A stretch of 64,000 nt of DNA from Trueperaceae bacterium (lineage in GTDB: Bacteria; Deinococcota; Deinococci; Deinococcales; Trueperaceae): NCBI GenBank assembly GCA_965215565.1, contig CBDCDZ010000004.1, forward strand, positions 1,472,001 to 1,536,000. The letters run 5' to 3'. A program made the position numbers and the translations under genes. Positions 56,478 through 64,000 of the stretch are shown in pieces. Numbering within the stretch: the stretch's first letter is position 1; the number at the start of each line of letters is the position of its first letter. Below the pieces are notes generated by a model. It saw only the letters and a list, made by a program, of their open reading frames with translations. It was not told where the DNA came from and made no database searches.

Positions 56478-58487
56478 ATGTCCTGTTCGCACTGCCGCAC
56501 GATTCACAAACTGGAAGACGGGGGCAACGTCTTGCGCCTCGCTCACCCACTCGGTCATACGCGGCAGAAGCTGCGGCGCGCCCTAACAGAGCGCTACACA
56601 GTCACCGAGGTGAGTCAGGACGGCCTCAGCGTCACCGTGCCGCCGGGCTCGCTAGGTGAGTTGGCTAACCTGCTCGAGGGTAGTCTTAGCGCCGCCGAGC
56701 GCGAGAGCTGCCAAGCCTTGCTGCTAGCCGAAGGAGAAACGCCCAGCCTCGACAAGCTGTCACAAGTTCAACCTCTAACAGCGCTTCTCGCCAAGGTCCG
56801 CTCGGGCTGGCTCATCGACATGCTCCACGAGGACGCCTTCTACGCCGACTTCCAACCGATTGTATCGGCGGCAGAGCCAAGCCGCGCTTTTGCTTACGAA
56901 TGCCTGCTGCGCGGTCACGACGCACAGGGACAGGTCGTCCCACCAAGCCTAATCTTCGGGGCCGCGCGGAGCGCCGGGTTACTCTTCCACCTCGACCGCG
57001 CTGCCCGGCTGACTGCCATCCGCGACGCTCAGCGGCACGGGGTCGCCACACCTATCTTTATCAACTTCAACCCGACCTCGATCTACGACCCCGCCTTCTG
57101 CCTCAAGACGACCATCAAAGCGATCGAAGAGGCGCACATCTCAGCGGACCGGATCGTCTTCGAGGTGGTCGAAAGCGACGCCGTAGGCGACCCGGCACAC
57201 CTTCTCAACATTGTCCGCTTCTACCGCGAACAGGGCTTTCGCATTGCCATAGACGACTTCGGCGCGGGCTACAGCTCGATCAACCTCCTCACTCAGCTCA
57301 GACCGGACTTCGTCAAGTTCGACCGGGAGCTGATCCGCTTTATTGACCAGGAGCCCTACAAACAGAAGGTGCTGAGCAAGCTTATCGAGATGTCGCGCGA
57401 GCTAGGCGTGCGAACTCTCGGCGAGGGAGTCGAGCGGGAGGAGGAGTTTCTCTGGTTACGGGAGCGGGGCGTGGACCTTTTTCAAGGTTTCTTCTTCGCC
57501 AAGCCAGCCAGTCCGCCCGAGCAGCCGCAGGTCGTCCTCACCTTCGACAAACACCACTCGACATCACAGCTTGTACCGGAAGGGCTCGACATCGACCTCT
57601 CCTTCAGCTTAGACGACCGCTCGCTCCAGGGCGTGCTCGACTCGCTGAATGAGCAGGTCGCGGTGCTAGAGCGGAGCGGCAAGATCGTGATGGTCAACCG
57701 GGCGTGGCGTCAGGTCGGCGGCCTGGAGGCGCAAAACACCCGCTTTACCGGGGTTAATTACCTCGATGTCTGCCGCTTAGCGGTCGACACAGGTGATCAA
57801 GACGCCTTACGGAGCTACGAAGGAATACGCGGGGTATTGAGCGGTCAAGCGTCCGAATTCAGCCTCGAGTACCCTTGCGAAACGCCCCAGGGGAAGCGCT
57901 GGTTCCTAATGAAGGTGACGCCTTTAAGTGAGGGGCGCGGCGCGGTGGTACTGCACGTGGACATCACCGAGCGCAGGCAGCAGGAAGCGCAGGTCAACCA
58001 TCTCGCCAGCTTCGATCAACTTACGGGGGCGGCGAACCGCCACCATTTCTATGCGCAGGCTCAGCAGGTACTCAAGGAAGCTGAGCGTGAGATGCTCCCC
58101 TTCTCCCTGCTCTACCTCGACCTGGACGGCTTCAAAGGGATCAACGACCGCTTTGGCCACACTTGCGGCGATCAGCTTCTGCAACATGTGAGTGGGCGGC
58201 TACAGGGGCTGCTGCGCGAGGGTGACCTCTTAGCTCGTTTTGGCGGCGACGAGTTCGTGGTACTGCTGCGTGGTGTCTCCGGCGTTGACATCAACTCGGT
58301 CGCAGCGCGCTTCGGCCACACCCTCGAACAGCCCTTCGTAGTCAGCGAGCATACGTTCATCTGTAGCGGCAGCTTAGGCGCAGCCTCGTATCCAAAGCAG
58401 GGGCTTACGGTAGACGACCTCCTGCAGCGCGCGGACGAGGCAATGTACCAGACTAAGGCGCAGCGTAAGGCGAAAACTTCGGTGTAG
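56478..58487 (+). CDS. EAL-PAS-GGDEF c-di-GMP metabolism protein
   Basis: YECLLR, DDFGAGYS, EGVE; PAS ending DITE; RxxD (REGD) and GGDEF. Confidence 0.92.
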   Translation: MSCSHCRTIHKLEDGGNVLRLAHPLGHTRQKLRRALTERYTVTEVSQDGLSVTVPPGSLGELANLLEGSLSAAERESCQALLLAEGETPSLDKLSQVQPLTALLAKVRSGWLIDMLHEDAFYADFQPIVSAAEPSRAFAYECLLRGHDAQGQVVPPSLIFGAARSAGLLFHLDRAARLTAIRDAQRHGVATPIFINFNPTSIYDPAFCLKTTIKAIEEAHISADRIVFEVVESDAVGDPAHLLNIVRFYREQGFRIAIDDFGAGYSSINLLTQLRPDFVKFDRELIRFIDQEPYKQKVLSKLIEMSRELGVRTLGEGVEREEEFLWLRERGVDLFQGFFFAKPASPPEQPQVVLTFDKHHSTSQLVPEGLDIDLSFSLDDRSLQGVLDSLNEQVAVLERSGKIVMVNRAWRQVGGLEAQNTRFTGVNYLDVCRLAVDTGDQDALRSYEGIRGVLSGQASEFSLEYPCETPQGKRWFLMKVTPLSEGRGAVVLHVDITERRQQEAQVNHLASFDQLTGAANRHHFYAQAQQVLKEAEREMLPFSLLYLDLDGFKGINDRFGHTCGDQLLQHVSGRLQGLLREGDLLARFGGDEFVVLLRGVSGVDINSVAARFGHTLEQPFVVSEHTFICSGSLGAASYPKQGLTVDDLLQRADEAMYQTKAQRKAKTSV

Positions 58488-58529
58488 CTAGCTCCTTGCG
58501 AGGTCAGACAAGACGTTTGAGCCCTGCTT

Positions 58530-58561
58530 TTTTGCAACGAACGCGCGCGTTCGTTGCAAAA
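58530..58561. repeat. 32-bp boundary site 4 (perfect palindrome; may also terminate two convergent genes)
   Basis: TTTTGC-AACGAAC-GCGCGC-GTTCGTT-GCAAAA. Confidence 0.85.
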
Positions 58562-58591
58562 AGCTCAGAGTTTTTTGCTCTATACAACGCT

Positions 58592-59413
58592 CTAACTGCT
58601 AGACCGAAACCGAACTGCCGCCCCGCTCTCAGGCACCGTGTTGAGGTCACTCACCTTGCCCACGAGAAGCTTCTCCCCGACATGCATCATGAAGTGTTCG
58701 CCGCCCTGTCCTACGAAGGTGCCTTCGTAGAGTCGCCCCGGCTCGGTCGTGGCGAGGTAGCGCTCGTTCCAGTTGAAGGACTCGGACTCGAGAAAGGAGA
58801 TCGCCTCTCGCATCGGAGCGACACGCTCAGGGTCGCTGATCTCGTTCACGAGCCGCCGCATCATGTCGCGCTGCCCTCGCGAGGCTTCGATGCTCGCTAG
58901 AATCATCCGCTCGCGGCTCACAACGTCGAAGGTGAGGGTGTGACCCTCCGCTTTCGCCAGCGCTTCGACGAATACCCGCTGGGTGCGCCCGTTTCCCTCT
59001 CTAAAGGGGTGGAGTTGGTTGATGTCGCTGAGGAGGTTGGCGGCTCGTACAGAGAAGGTTGGGCGGTCTAAGCCTCGGTACTCGTCAACCTCCGATAGAG
59101 AGGTGAAGATGCGCTCGGCTTCATCCTCGAGTTCAGCGACGGGCGTGAACTGGTGCAGCGGCCCGCCTATCTGAGCGGCTTTGTAGAGTTCGGTGATGCG
59201 CGGCTCGCCGGCCCAGGAATAGATATCTTGGAAGAGGTAGTGATGCGTCGCCTTGAAGCGCGCGTAGGTGAAAGGACCTTGGGGACCGTCTTCCTCGACC
59301 GTTGCGAGCCGGTAGTCGGTAAAGTCCGCTTCGAGCTGGCTGAGCACTTGCGGATCGGTGACGCCTAGGTTGTTCTTGAGGGTGCCGTTCGGCTGAAGGT
59401 AGGGGTCACTCAC
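58592..59413 (-). CDS. Fic-domain toxin (VbhT/FicT-like) with C-terminal beta-rich domain
   Basis: Canonical HPFREGNGRTQR; N-terminal DPY..GTLKN; LFQDIYSWAG. Confidence 0.92.
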   Translation of the reverse strand: MSDPYLQPNGTLKNNLGVTDPQVLSQLEADFTDYRLATVEEDGPQGPFTYARFKATHHYLFQDIYSWAGEPRITELYKAAQIGGPLHQFTPVAELEDEAERIFTSLSEVDEYRGLDRPTFSVRAANLLSDINQLHPFREGNGRTQRVFVEALAKAEGHTLTFDVVSRERMILASIEASRGQRDMMRRLVNEISDPERVAPMREAISFLESESFNWNERYLATTEPGRLYEGTFVGQGGEHFMMHVGEKLLVGKVSDLNTVPESGAAVRFRSSS

Positions 59414-59609
59414 TCCGATTATGCAAGGCTCTGAGTTCGGCGAGCCAGGTCTTTTTGTCTATCTCTCCGCTGACCCACTTCGCTTTCAGCACCTGTGCCG
59501 CGTCAGAAGGGGTCAGCCCCTCCAGGCGTAGGTGGGCGGCAGCAGAGCGAGCAACCTCACGGCGGCGTTCTAGCTCGGCCGGGCTGAGCATCGGTGTCTT
59601 GACGGTCAT
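59406..59609 (-). CDS. VbhA/FicA-like antitoxin
   Basis: RLEG inhibitory motif; overlaps the Fic start; TATACT 6 nt upstream. Confidence 0.85.
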   Translation of the reverse strand: MTVKTPMLSPAELERRREVARSAAAHLRLEGLTPSDAAQVLKAKWVSGEIDKKTWLAELRALHNRSE

Positions 59610-59683
59610 ATGGCGAGTATACCACGGGCAGCGTCGCCCTGAAGGGCGTCTTTGGCATTGGAAACGGTTGCTTTAGGCGACGC

Positions 59684-59715
59684 TTCTGCGACAGACGTGC
59701 GCATTCGTCGCACAA
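59684..59715. repeat. 32-bp boundary site 5
   Basis: TTCTGC-GACAGAC-GTGCGC-ATTCGTC-GCACAA. Confidence 0.85.
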
Positions 59716-59829
59716 GGGCTAATCCCGACTAAGAGGAAGGGAGAGTTACCCCTGTCGCTCATCCCTACACTGTAGATGACAGCGCTCAGTAGTAGCGGCT
59801 ATCCTGCAGTGAGCCTTCGTTCAATTACT

Positions 59830-61668
59830 CTAAGCAGACGCAACGAGCGGCGCGCCCACCGCTGCCGAGGTCTCCTCAATGCGTACGCGGTTCACCGGTA
59901 CACGCAGCCGCTTGACTAGCTCTTTATCGTCGCCTTCAGGTTTTGACTTGTCCACTTTGTAGGCGGTGTATTCGCAGTAAGAGGCTGTGAACTCCACAGT
60001 GGCGTAGCCCCAGTCCTCGGAGTTGAAGAACTGGATGTGCGGGTTGGTTATGCGCACGAGGGTTTCTAACCCTTGCTGCTCCAACTGCTCGACCTCTTGC
60101 GGGCTCAAGCTCTGCGTTCCGAACGACTCGCCGAGCGAACCTCTGCCCCCACCTACCCCAATGAGTTCAGCAAAGTTCGCGGACGTGACTGCTGGCGTCA
60201 TGAATTCCACACCGACAAGGTTGCGCGGGTCAATGTTGAAGGGGTCTCTATCGTAGTCCACCTTGAGGTACGAGGCGATGTAGGTGTGCAGGTCGCCCGT
60301 CAGCACGACTAGGTTCTTCACGTTAGCCTCTTTCAGCTCTCGCATGATCCGCTCGCGTTCGGCTTCGTAGCCGTCCCAAGCGTCCAGGTTGAGGTAGAGC
60401 GCGGTCCCGTCGCCTAGCCCGACTTTGAGAGGTCCCTGAAAGACCTCGTTGCCCCACACCTTCCAGGTCGCCTCGGAATTTTCGATGCCGCTAAGGAGTC
60501 TATCGCGCTGCTGCGGCCCTAACATGCTGCGCTCCGGGTCATCCTGCTCGGGACAGCCCAGCGTGAAGTAGCGCTCGCCTACATCGCCGGTGCCGCAAGG
60601 GGGTGGATCGCGGTAGGAGCGTTCGTCGGTCATGAAGAGGTCCACGAGGTTACCGAAGGCGAGCTGGCGGCGAATGTCTAAAAACTGGCGCGGGTCGTCG
60701 GCGTTTTCTTGCAGAGTGACTCTCGCTGGCATATATTCTGCCCACGCCCGCCGCGCGTCGAAAGCGAGGCCGTTGCGCACCTCCCTAGATGCATCACCAT
60801 ACGGGTGGTCAGGCACGCCTACGCAGCCGTCCGCGTAGTCCCAGTAGCAGTCGTTGGCGGTCTCGTGGTCGTCCCAGATAGCGATGAGGGTGTGCTGCTC
60901 TAAGAGCTTTTGCAAAAAGCCGTCGCTTCGGTAGAGTTTGTAGATGAAACGGTAGTCCTCTAAGTTCAGCGCCGCTTCGCCGCCACTTGGCAAGGAAAAG
61001 GTGCGGTCTTCGAAGGGTTGACGCTGAAAGCGCGGGTCGCCCGAAGTCTCGTAGATGAAATCGCCTAGGTGGACGACGAAGTCCACGTCATCTTGGGCGA
61101 GCTGCGCCAAGGCCCCGTAATACCCATTGGTGTAGTCCTGACAAGTGATGACGCCCAACTTGAGGCGTTCGGTCTCCTCACCTCTTGCCGGAGCTGTGCG
61201 ACAACGTCCGACTTGGCTGCCCGTCTTCCGGTAGGCGAAGCGGTAGTAGAGGCGCGTATTGGGAGGCAGCTTGCCGTCTAGGTCCAACTTAACTGTGTAG
61301 TCGTTCTCCGGCCTGATGTCACTGCCCTTGACGCGACCTCTCGCCACGACATTTCTAAAGTCCGGGTCGCGCGCCACCTCGAAGGCGAGCTTCTTGTTCT
61401 TCTTATAGGCCGCTGGGTCGATGCGCGTCCAGAGCATCACGCCTGAGGGCGTGGGGTCGCCCGAAGCTACCGACAGGCTAAAGACTTCTTTCGGATCACG
61501 GTCTTTTTGGAGCGTCGCGAACTCGTCCGCGACGTCCTCATCTTCGCCACTAAAGGCAGGTACGCTTTCTAACTCGCTACACGCTGTGAGGATATAGGGC
61601 GTTGCCAACGCTAAACTCGTCACGCCCATCCGCTTCAGAAACGTCCGCCGGTCGAACTGCTCCATCAT
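59830..61668 (-). CDS. phoD: alkaline phosphatase D family protein (Tat lipoprotein)
   Basis: DRRTFLK Tat motif and LTAC; VASGDP, HLGDFIYE, WDDHE, DAWDGY, TGDLH. Confidence 0.92.
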   Translation of the reverse strand: MMEQFDRRTFLKRMGVTSLALATPYILTACSELESVPAFSGEDEDVADEFATLQKDRDPKEVFSLSVASGDPTPSGVMLWTRIDPAAYKKNKKLAFEVARDPDFRNVVARGRVKGSDIRPENDYTVKLDLDGKLPPNTRLYYRFAYRKTGSQVGRCRTAPARGEETERLKLGVITCQDYTNGYYGALAQLAQDDVDFVVHLGDFIYETSGDPRFQRQPFEDRTFSLPSGGEAALNLEDYRFIYKLYRSDGFLQKLLEQHTLIAIWDDHETANDCYWDYADGCVGVPDHPYGDASREVRNGLAFDARRAWAEYMPARVTLQENADDPRQFLDIRRQLAFGNLVDLFMTDERSYRDPPPCGTGDVGERYFTLGCPEQDDPERSMLGPQQRDRLLSGIENSEATWKVWGNEVFQGPLKVGLGDGTALYLNLDAWDGYEAERERIMRELKEANVKNLVVLTGDLHTYIASYLKVDYDRDPFNIDPRNLVGVEFMTPAVTSANFAELIGVGGGRGSLGESFGTQSLSPQEVEQLEQQGLETLVRITNPHIQFFNSEDWGYATVEFTASYCEYTAYKVDKSKPEGDDKELVKRLRVPVNRVRIEETSAAVGAPLVASA

Positions 61669-61766
61669 TCACCCCTCGAGCTGAAATTATTAGACTCTAC
61701 AGCGTGAGGTTCAGACGACTGTCAGGCGAGGTCTTCGACCTGGAGTTAGCTCTTGATGCAGTTTCG

Positions 61767-61798
61767 CTGTGCGTGAGTAGCGCGCAACTCACGCACAG
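61767..61798. repeat. 32-bp boundary site 6 (arms differ but remain complementary)
   Basis: CTGTGC-GTGAGTA-GCGCGC-AACTCAC-GCACAG. Confidence 0.7.
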
Positions 61799-61869
61799 CA
61801 CTAAATAACCACTTGAGTGTCGAAGCCGTAGCGTAGCGCCGCCGCAACGGTGCGGCGGCTCATCAGCCT

Positions 61870-62475
61870 TCACTTCGCACAGCCGTCGATCACTGTGCGC
61901 ACTGTGAACGCCGCCATCTCCGGGGCACTTTTCTCGTGAGCCTGGAGCAGCTCAGGGCGTGTGAGCGCCTCGAGCGCCGCGAGTAACAGTTCGACGACTA
62001 AAGGTGACGACAGGTCCGGGCGCAGTACGCCTTCTTGCTTGCCCTCTTCCAGAAGCAGGTTAAGTGTACGCCCCACCGTGTCTCGCCGGAACGTCACGAG
62101 GTAGTTCCACACCCGCGGCGCGTTGCGGCTGACGTCCTCTAAAGCCGACGCTTCGAGCCACCCCAGACGCACGTGCACGTTCTGCAAGAACCTCTCTAAC
62201 TTGCTGTGGAATGCTCCCTCGCCCTGAACAGTCTGCTCGATGTCTGCCTGAAAGCTTTCCAGATACTGCTCTAGCGCGTGTTGGAAAAGCGCCTCTTTAC
62301 TGCTGAAGTGCTCGTAGAGCGTCTTTTTACTGATGCGAAGCTCGCGGCTCAGCGCGTCCATCGGGACGTTACTATAGCCCTCGGTGAGAAAGCGCCGCAG
62401 CGCCAACGTTGAGATGCGCTGCGCGGTGTCGGCCTGAGGCGCTTTTGCTGCGTAGCTCGTGGTTTCAATCGTCAT
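61870..62475 (-). CDS. TetR/AcrR-family regulator
   Basis: ISKKTLYEHFSSKEALF HTH; start approximate. Confidence 0.88.
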   Translation of the reverse strand: MTIETTSYAAKAPQADTAQRISTLALRRFLTEGYSNVPMDALSRELRISKKTLYEHFSSKEALFQHALEQYLESFQADIEQTVQGEGAFHSKLERFLQNVHVRLGWLEASALEDVSRNAPRVWNYLVTFRRDTVGRTLNLLLEEGKQEGVLRPDLSSPLVVELLLAALEALTRPELLQAHEKSAPEMAAFTVRTVIDGCAK

Positions 62476-62501
62476 CGTATCCAAGTCTAACAAAAGTGAG
62501 T

Positions 62502-62891
62502 TTACGACCGCGACGCGCGCTTTCGCTCTGAGCCGGTCGCGAGTTCGCGCTTATGCGCAATGCCAACGAACGCCAAGAGCGCGAGCAGAACGGCGGGCGT
62601 CATCACCTTGTTCGCGGGGTCGTTGATTTTCGCGTGCGTGGCGACTGCCCCCGTCATGGTCGCGCTAAGTAAGACGCTTGCAAGCGGTGTCAGAGCAGGA
62701 CGAACAAAACCTAAGAGGAGTCCAAGCGCACCCCCCACCTCAACCGCGCCTGTCACCACGCGAAACCACTGCGGGTAGCGGAAACGGTCGAAGTCATCGA
62801 CCATGTCGTTCGCTCCCGCAAGCTTGGAGCCGCCCGAGCCTAGAAACATCAGTCCTAATAGTGTTTGTAAAATTCTTAGTGTCCACGTCAT
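62502..62891 (-). CDS. DoxX-family membrane protein
   Basis: G.SKL, YPQWF..TGAVE, MTGAVATH; ATG 62891 after AAGGAG. Confidence 0.85.
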   Translation of the reverse strand: MTWTLRILQTLLGLMFLGSGGSKLAGANDMVDDFDRFRYPQWFRVVTGAVEVGGALGLLLGFVRPALTPLASVLLSATMTGAVATHAKINDPANKVMTPAVLLALLAFVGIAHKRELATGSERKRASRS

Positions 62892-62934
62892 GAATCTGCT
62901 CCTTATCTTTGTCTTTTTGACTCGGGTCTTACTT

Positions 62935-64000
62935 TTAAGCATTCGTAGACGAGTTAATCCTCGAGGACGCCACGTCAGTCCGGCGCTGCACCCAGCGTTT
63001 CTGCACCTCTCCGAGTCCTCTCTGATACCCTTTGCGGTGGAACGCTAAGTAACCGTCTGGTCTAACCAGAAGCGCACTACCGTCTCTCGCCCCAAGCTTG
63101 TCTCTAAACAGGCGCGTGTAATCGGCGAGTATCGGTACGTCTCCCGCTTTAGGCGTGCCTTGCCCAAGGATGCCGAACACTCTAACGGCTTCCTCCGCTT
63201 CGGCTTGCACCTTGCGTCCTATCTCCGCGAGATACCCCGTGAGATCATCGCCCGCTCTCTCCGTACCGATAAAGATGAAGAGCGTGTAGCCAGGTCTCAA
63301 GAGGTCGAAAAGCCGTACGCGGTTCTCTTCGTCAGCACCAGCCCAGCCATGCGGCGCAGCGAGGGCGAGGTCCGGCACGCGGTCGCCCGCTCGGAGCGCA
63401 CCGGGATGGGGAATATCGCGTAAGTCCTGCTTGAGTTCGCCGCGCGCTCTGGCAGCGTCCTTGTAGCTGATACTGACGCCCGAAAGCCCTTCAGAGAGCG
63501 CTTTTTGTACCGGCAGACGGGGAACGAGGGTTTTGACCAGGAGTTCCCTCGCATTCCGCAGGGTGTTGTTGCGGATGATGAGGCTCCGCAAAATTTTGTC
63601 GCTCGTCTCTACGGCGCGTTTGCCAATAGGGTGACGTTCTTGCTCGTAGGTATCCAGGAGTGACGCGGGAGCCTGCCCGTTCACGACATAGGCAAGCTTC
63701 CAGCCCAGATTAAAGGCGTCTTGAATCCCTGTGTTCATCCCCTGCCCGCCCGCTGGACTATGCACGTGCGCGGCGTCACCTGCTAGAAAGACGTTGCCCC
63801 GGCGGTAGCGGTTCGCTTGGCGAATGCCTGAACCCCAGCGCGAGAGCCAGCGGGGTTCTAAGAGGGTCGGCTGCGTCGGAATCAGCGCGTTCACTGATTC
63901 CTGCATCGTCTCTTGCGCCAAGGGCTCCTTTGCCGACTCGTCTTGATACTTCCAATCGGCAGTCACGAAGCGGAAGTAGTCGTCCTTGAAGGGCACGATA
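62935..64000 (-). CDS. FAD-dependent monooxygenase (5' end outside the window)
   Basis: FLAGDAAHVHSPAGGQGMNTGIQDAFNLGWKL, LVRPDG. Confidence 0.9.
   Translation of the reverse strand, partial: IVPFKDDYFRFVTADWKYQDESAKEPLAQETMQESVNALIPTQPTLLEPRWLSRWGSGIRQANRYRRGNVFLAGDAAHVHSPAGGQGMNTGIQDAFNLGWKLAYVVNGQAPASLLDTYEQERHPIGKRAVETSDKILRSLIIRNNTLRNARELLVKTLVPRLPVQKALSEGLSGVSISYKDAARARGELKQDLRDIPHPGALRAGDRVPDLALAAPHGWAGADEENRVRLFDLLRPGYTLFIFIGTERAGDDLTGYLAEIGRKVQAEAEEAVRVFGILGQGTPKAGDVPILADYTRLFRDKLGARDGSALLVRPDGYLAFHRKGYQRGLGEVQKRWVQRRTDVASSRINSSTNA

Noticed and set aside
52513..61798. 32-bp sites as a CRISPR array or classical integron attC sites
   Set aside because: Spacing is kilobases with whole genes between, and there are no cas genes. 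There are no RYYYAAC/GTTRRRY cores, no intI, and gene orientation is mixed.
1..64000. Numerous short antisense and alternate-frame ORFs in the track; tRNA/rRNA genes
   Set aside because: Shadow ORFs of GC-rich coding sequence without motifs; no tRNA cloverleaf or rRNA signature seen by eye.

Overview
GC-rich bacterial chromosomal segment. Many genes have a -10 box 6 nt before the ATG and the gene content is Deinococcota-like (possibly Trueperaceae); this taxonomy is inference only. Left to right it holds: a Type IIG restriction-modification gene and a toxin-antitoxin cluster; a cobalamin-riboswitch-controlled btuFCD-cobS operon; four paralogous lipoproteins sharing an N-terminal CBM60-like module with different C-terminal domains; housekeeping and metabolic genes (purS, purC, purM, rlmB, iscS-like/Rrf2, rho, T-box-controlled ileS with a GxHH motif); and an accessory region from 46.2 kb to the end. 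That region contains an IS5-disrupted rloB remnant, a coupled large hypothetical protein + patatin pair, and a run of unrelated 1-3 gene modules. The most striking unexplained structure is a 32-bp quasi-palindromic site (TTnTGC-N7-GCGCGC-N7-GCAnAA) that occurs once at each of six consecutive module boundaries between 52.5 and 61.8 kb, suggesting a recombination-site-delimited cassette array. A second family of TA-ended miniature inverted-repeat elements (about 9 copies) is spread over 1-38 kb, including one inside the B12 riboswitch. No rRNA, tRNA or CRISPR array was seen.
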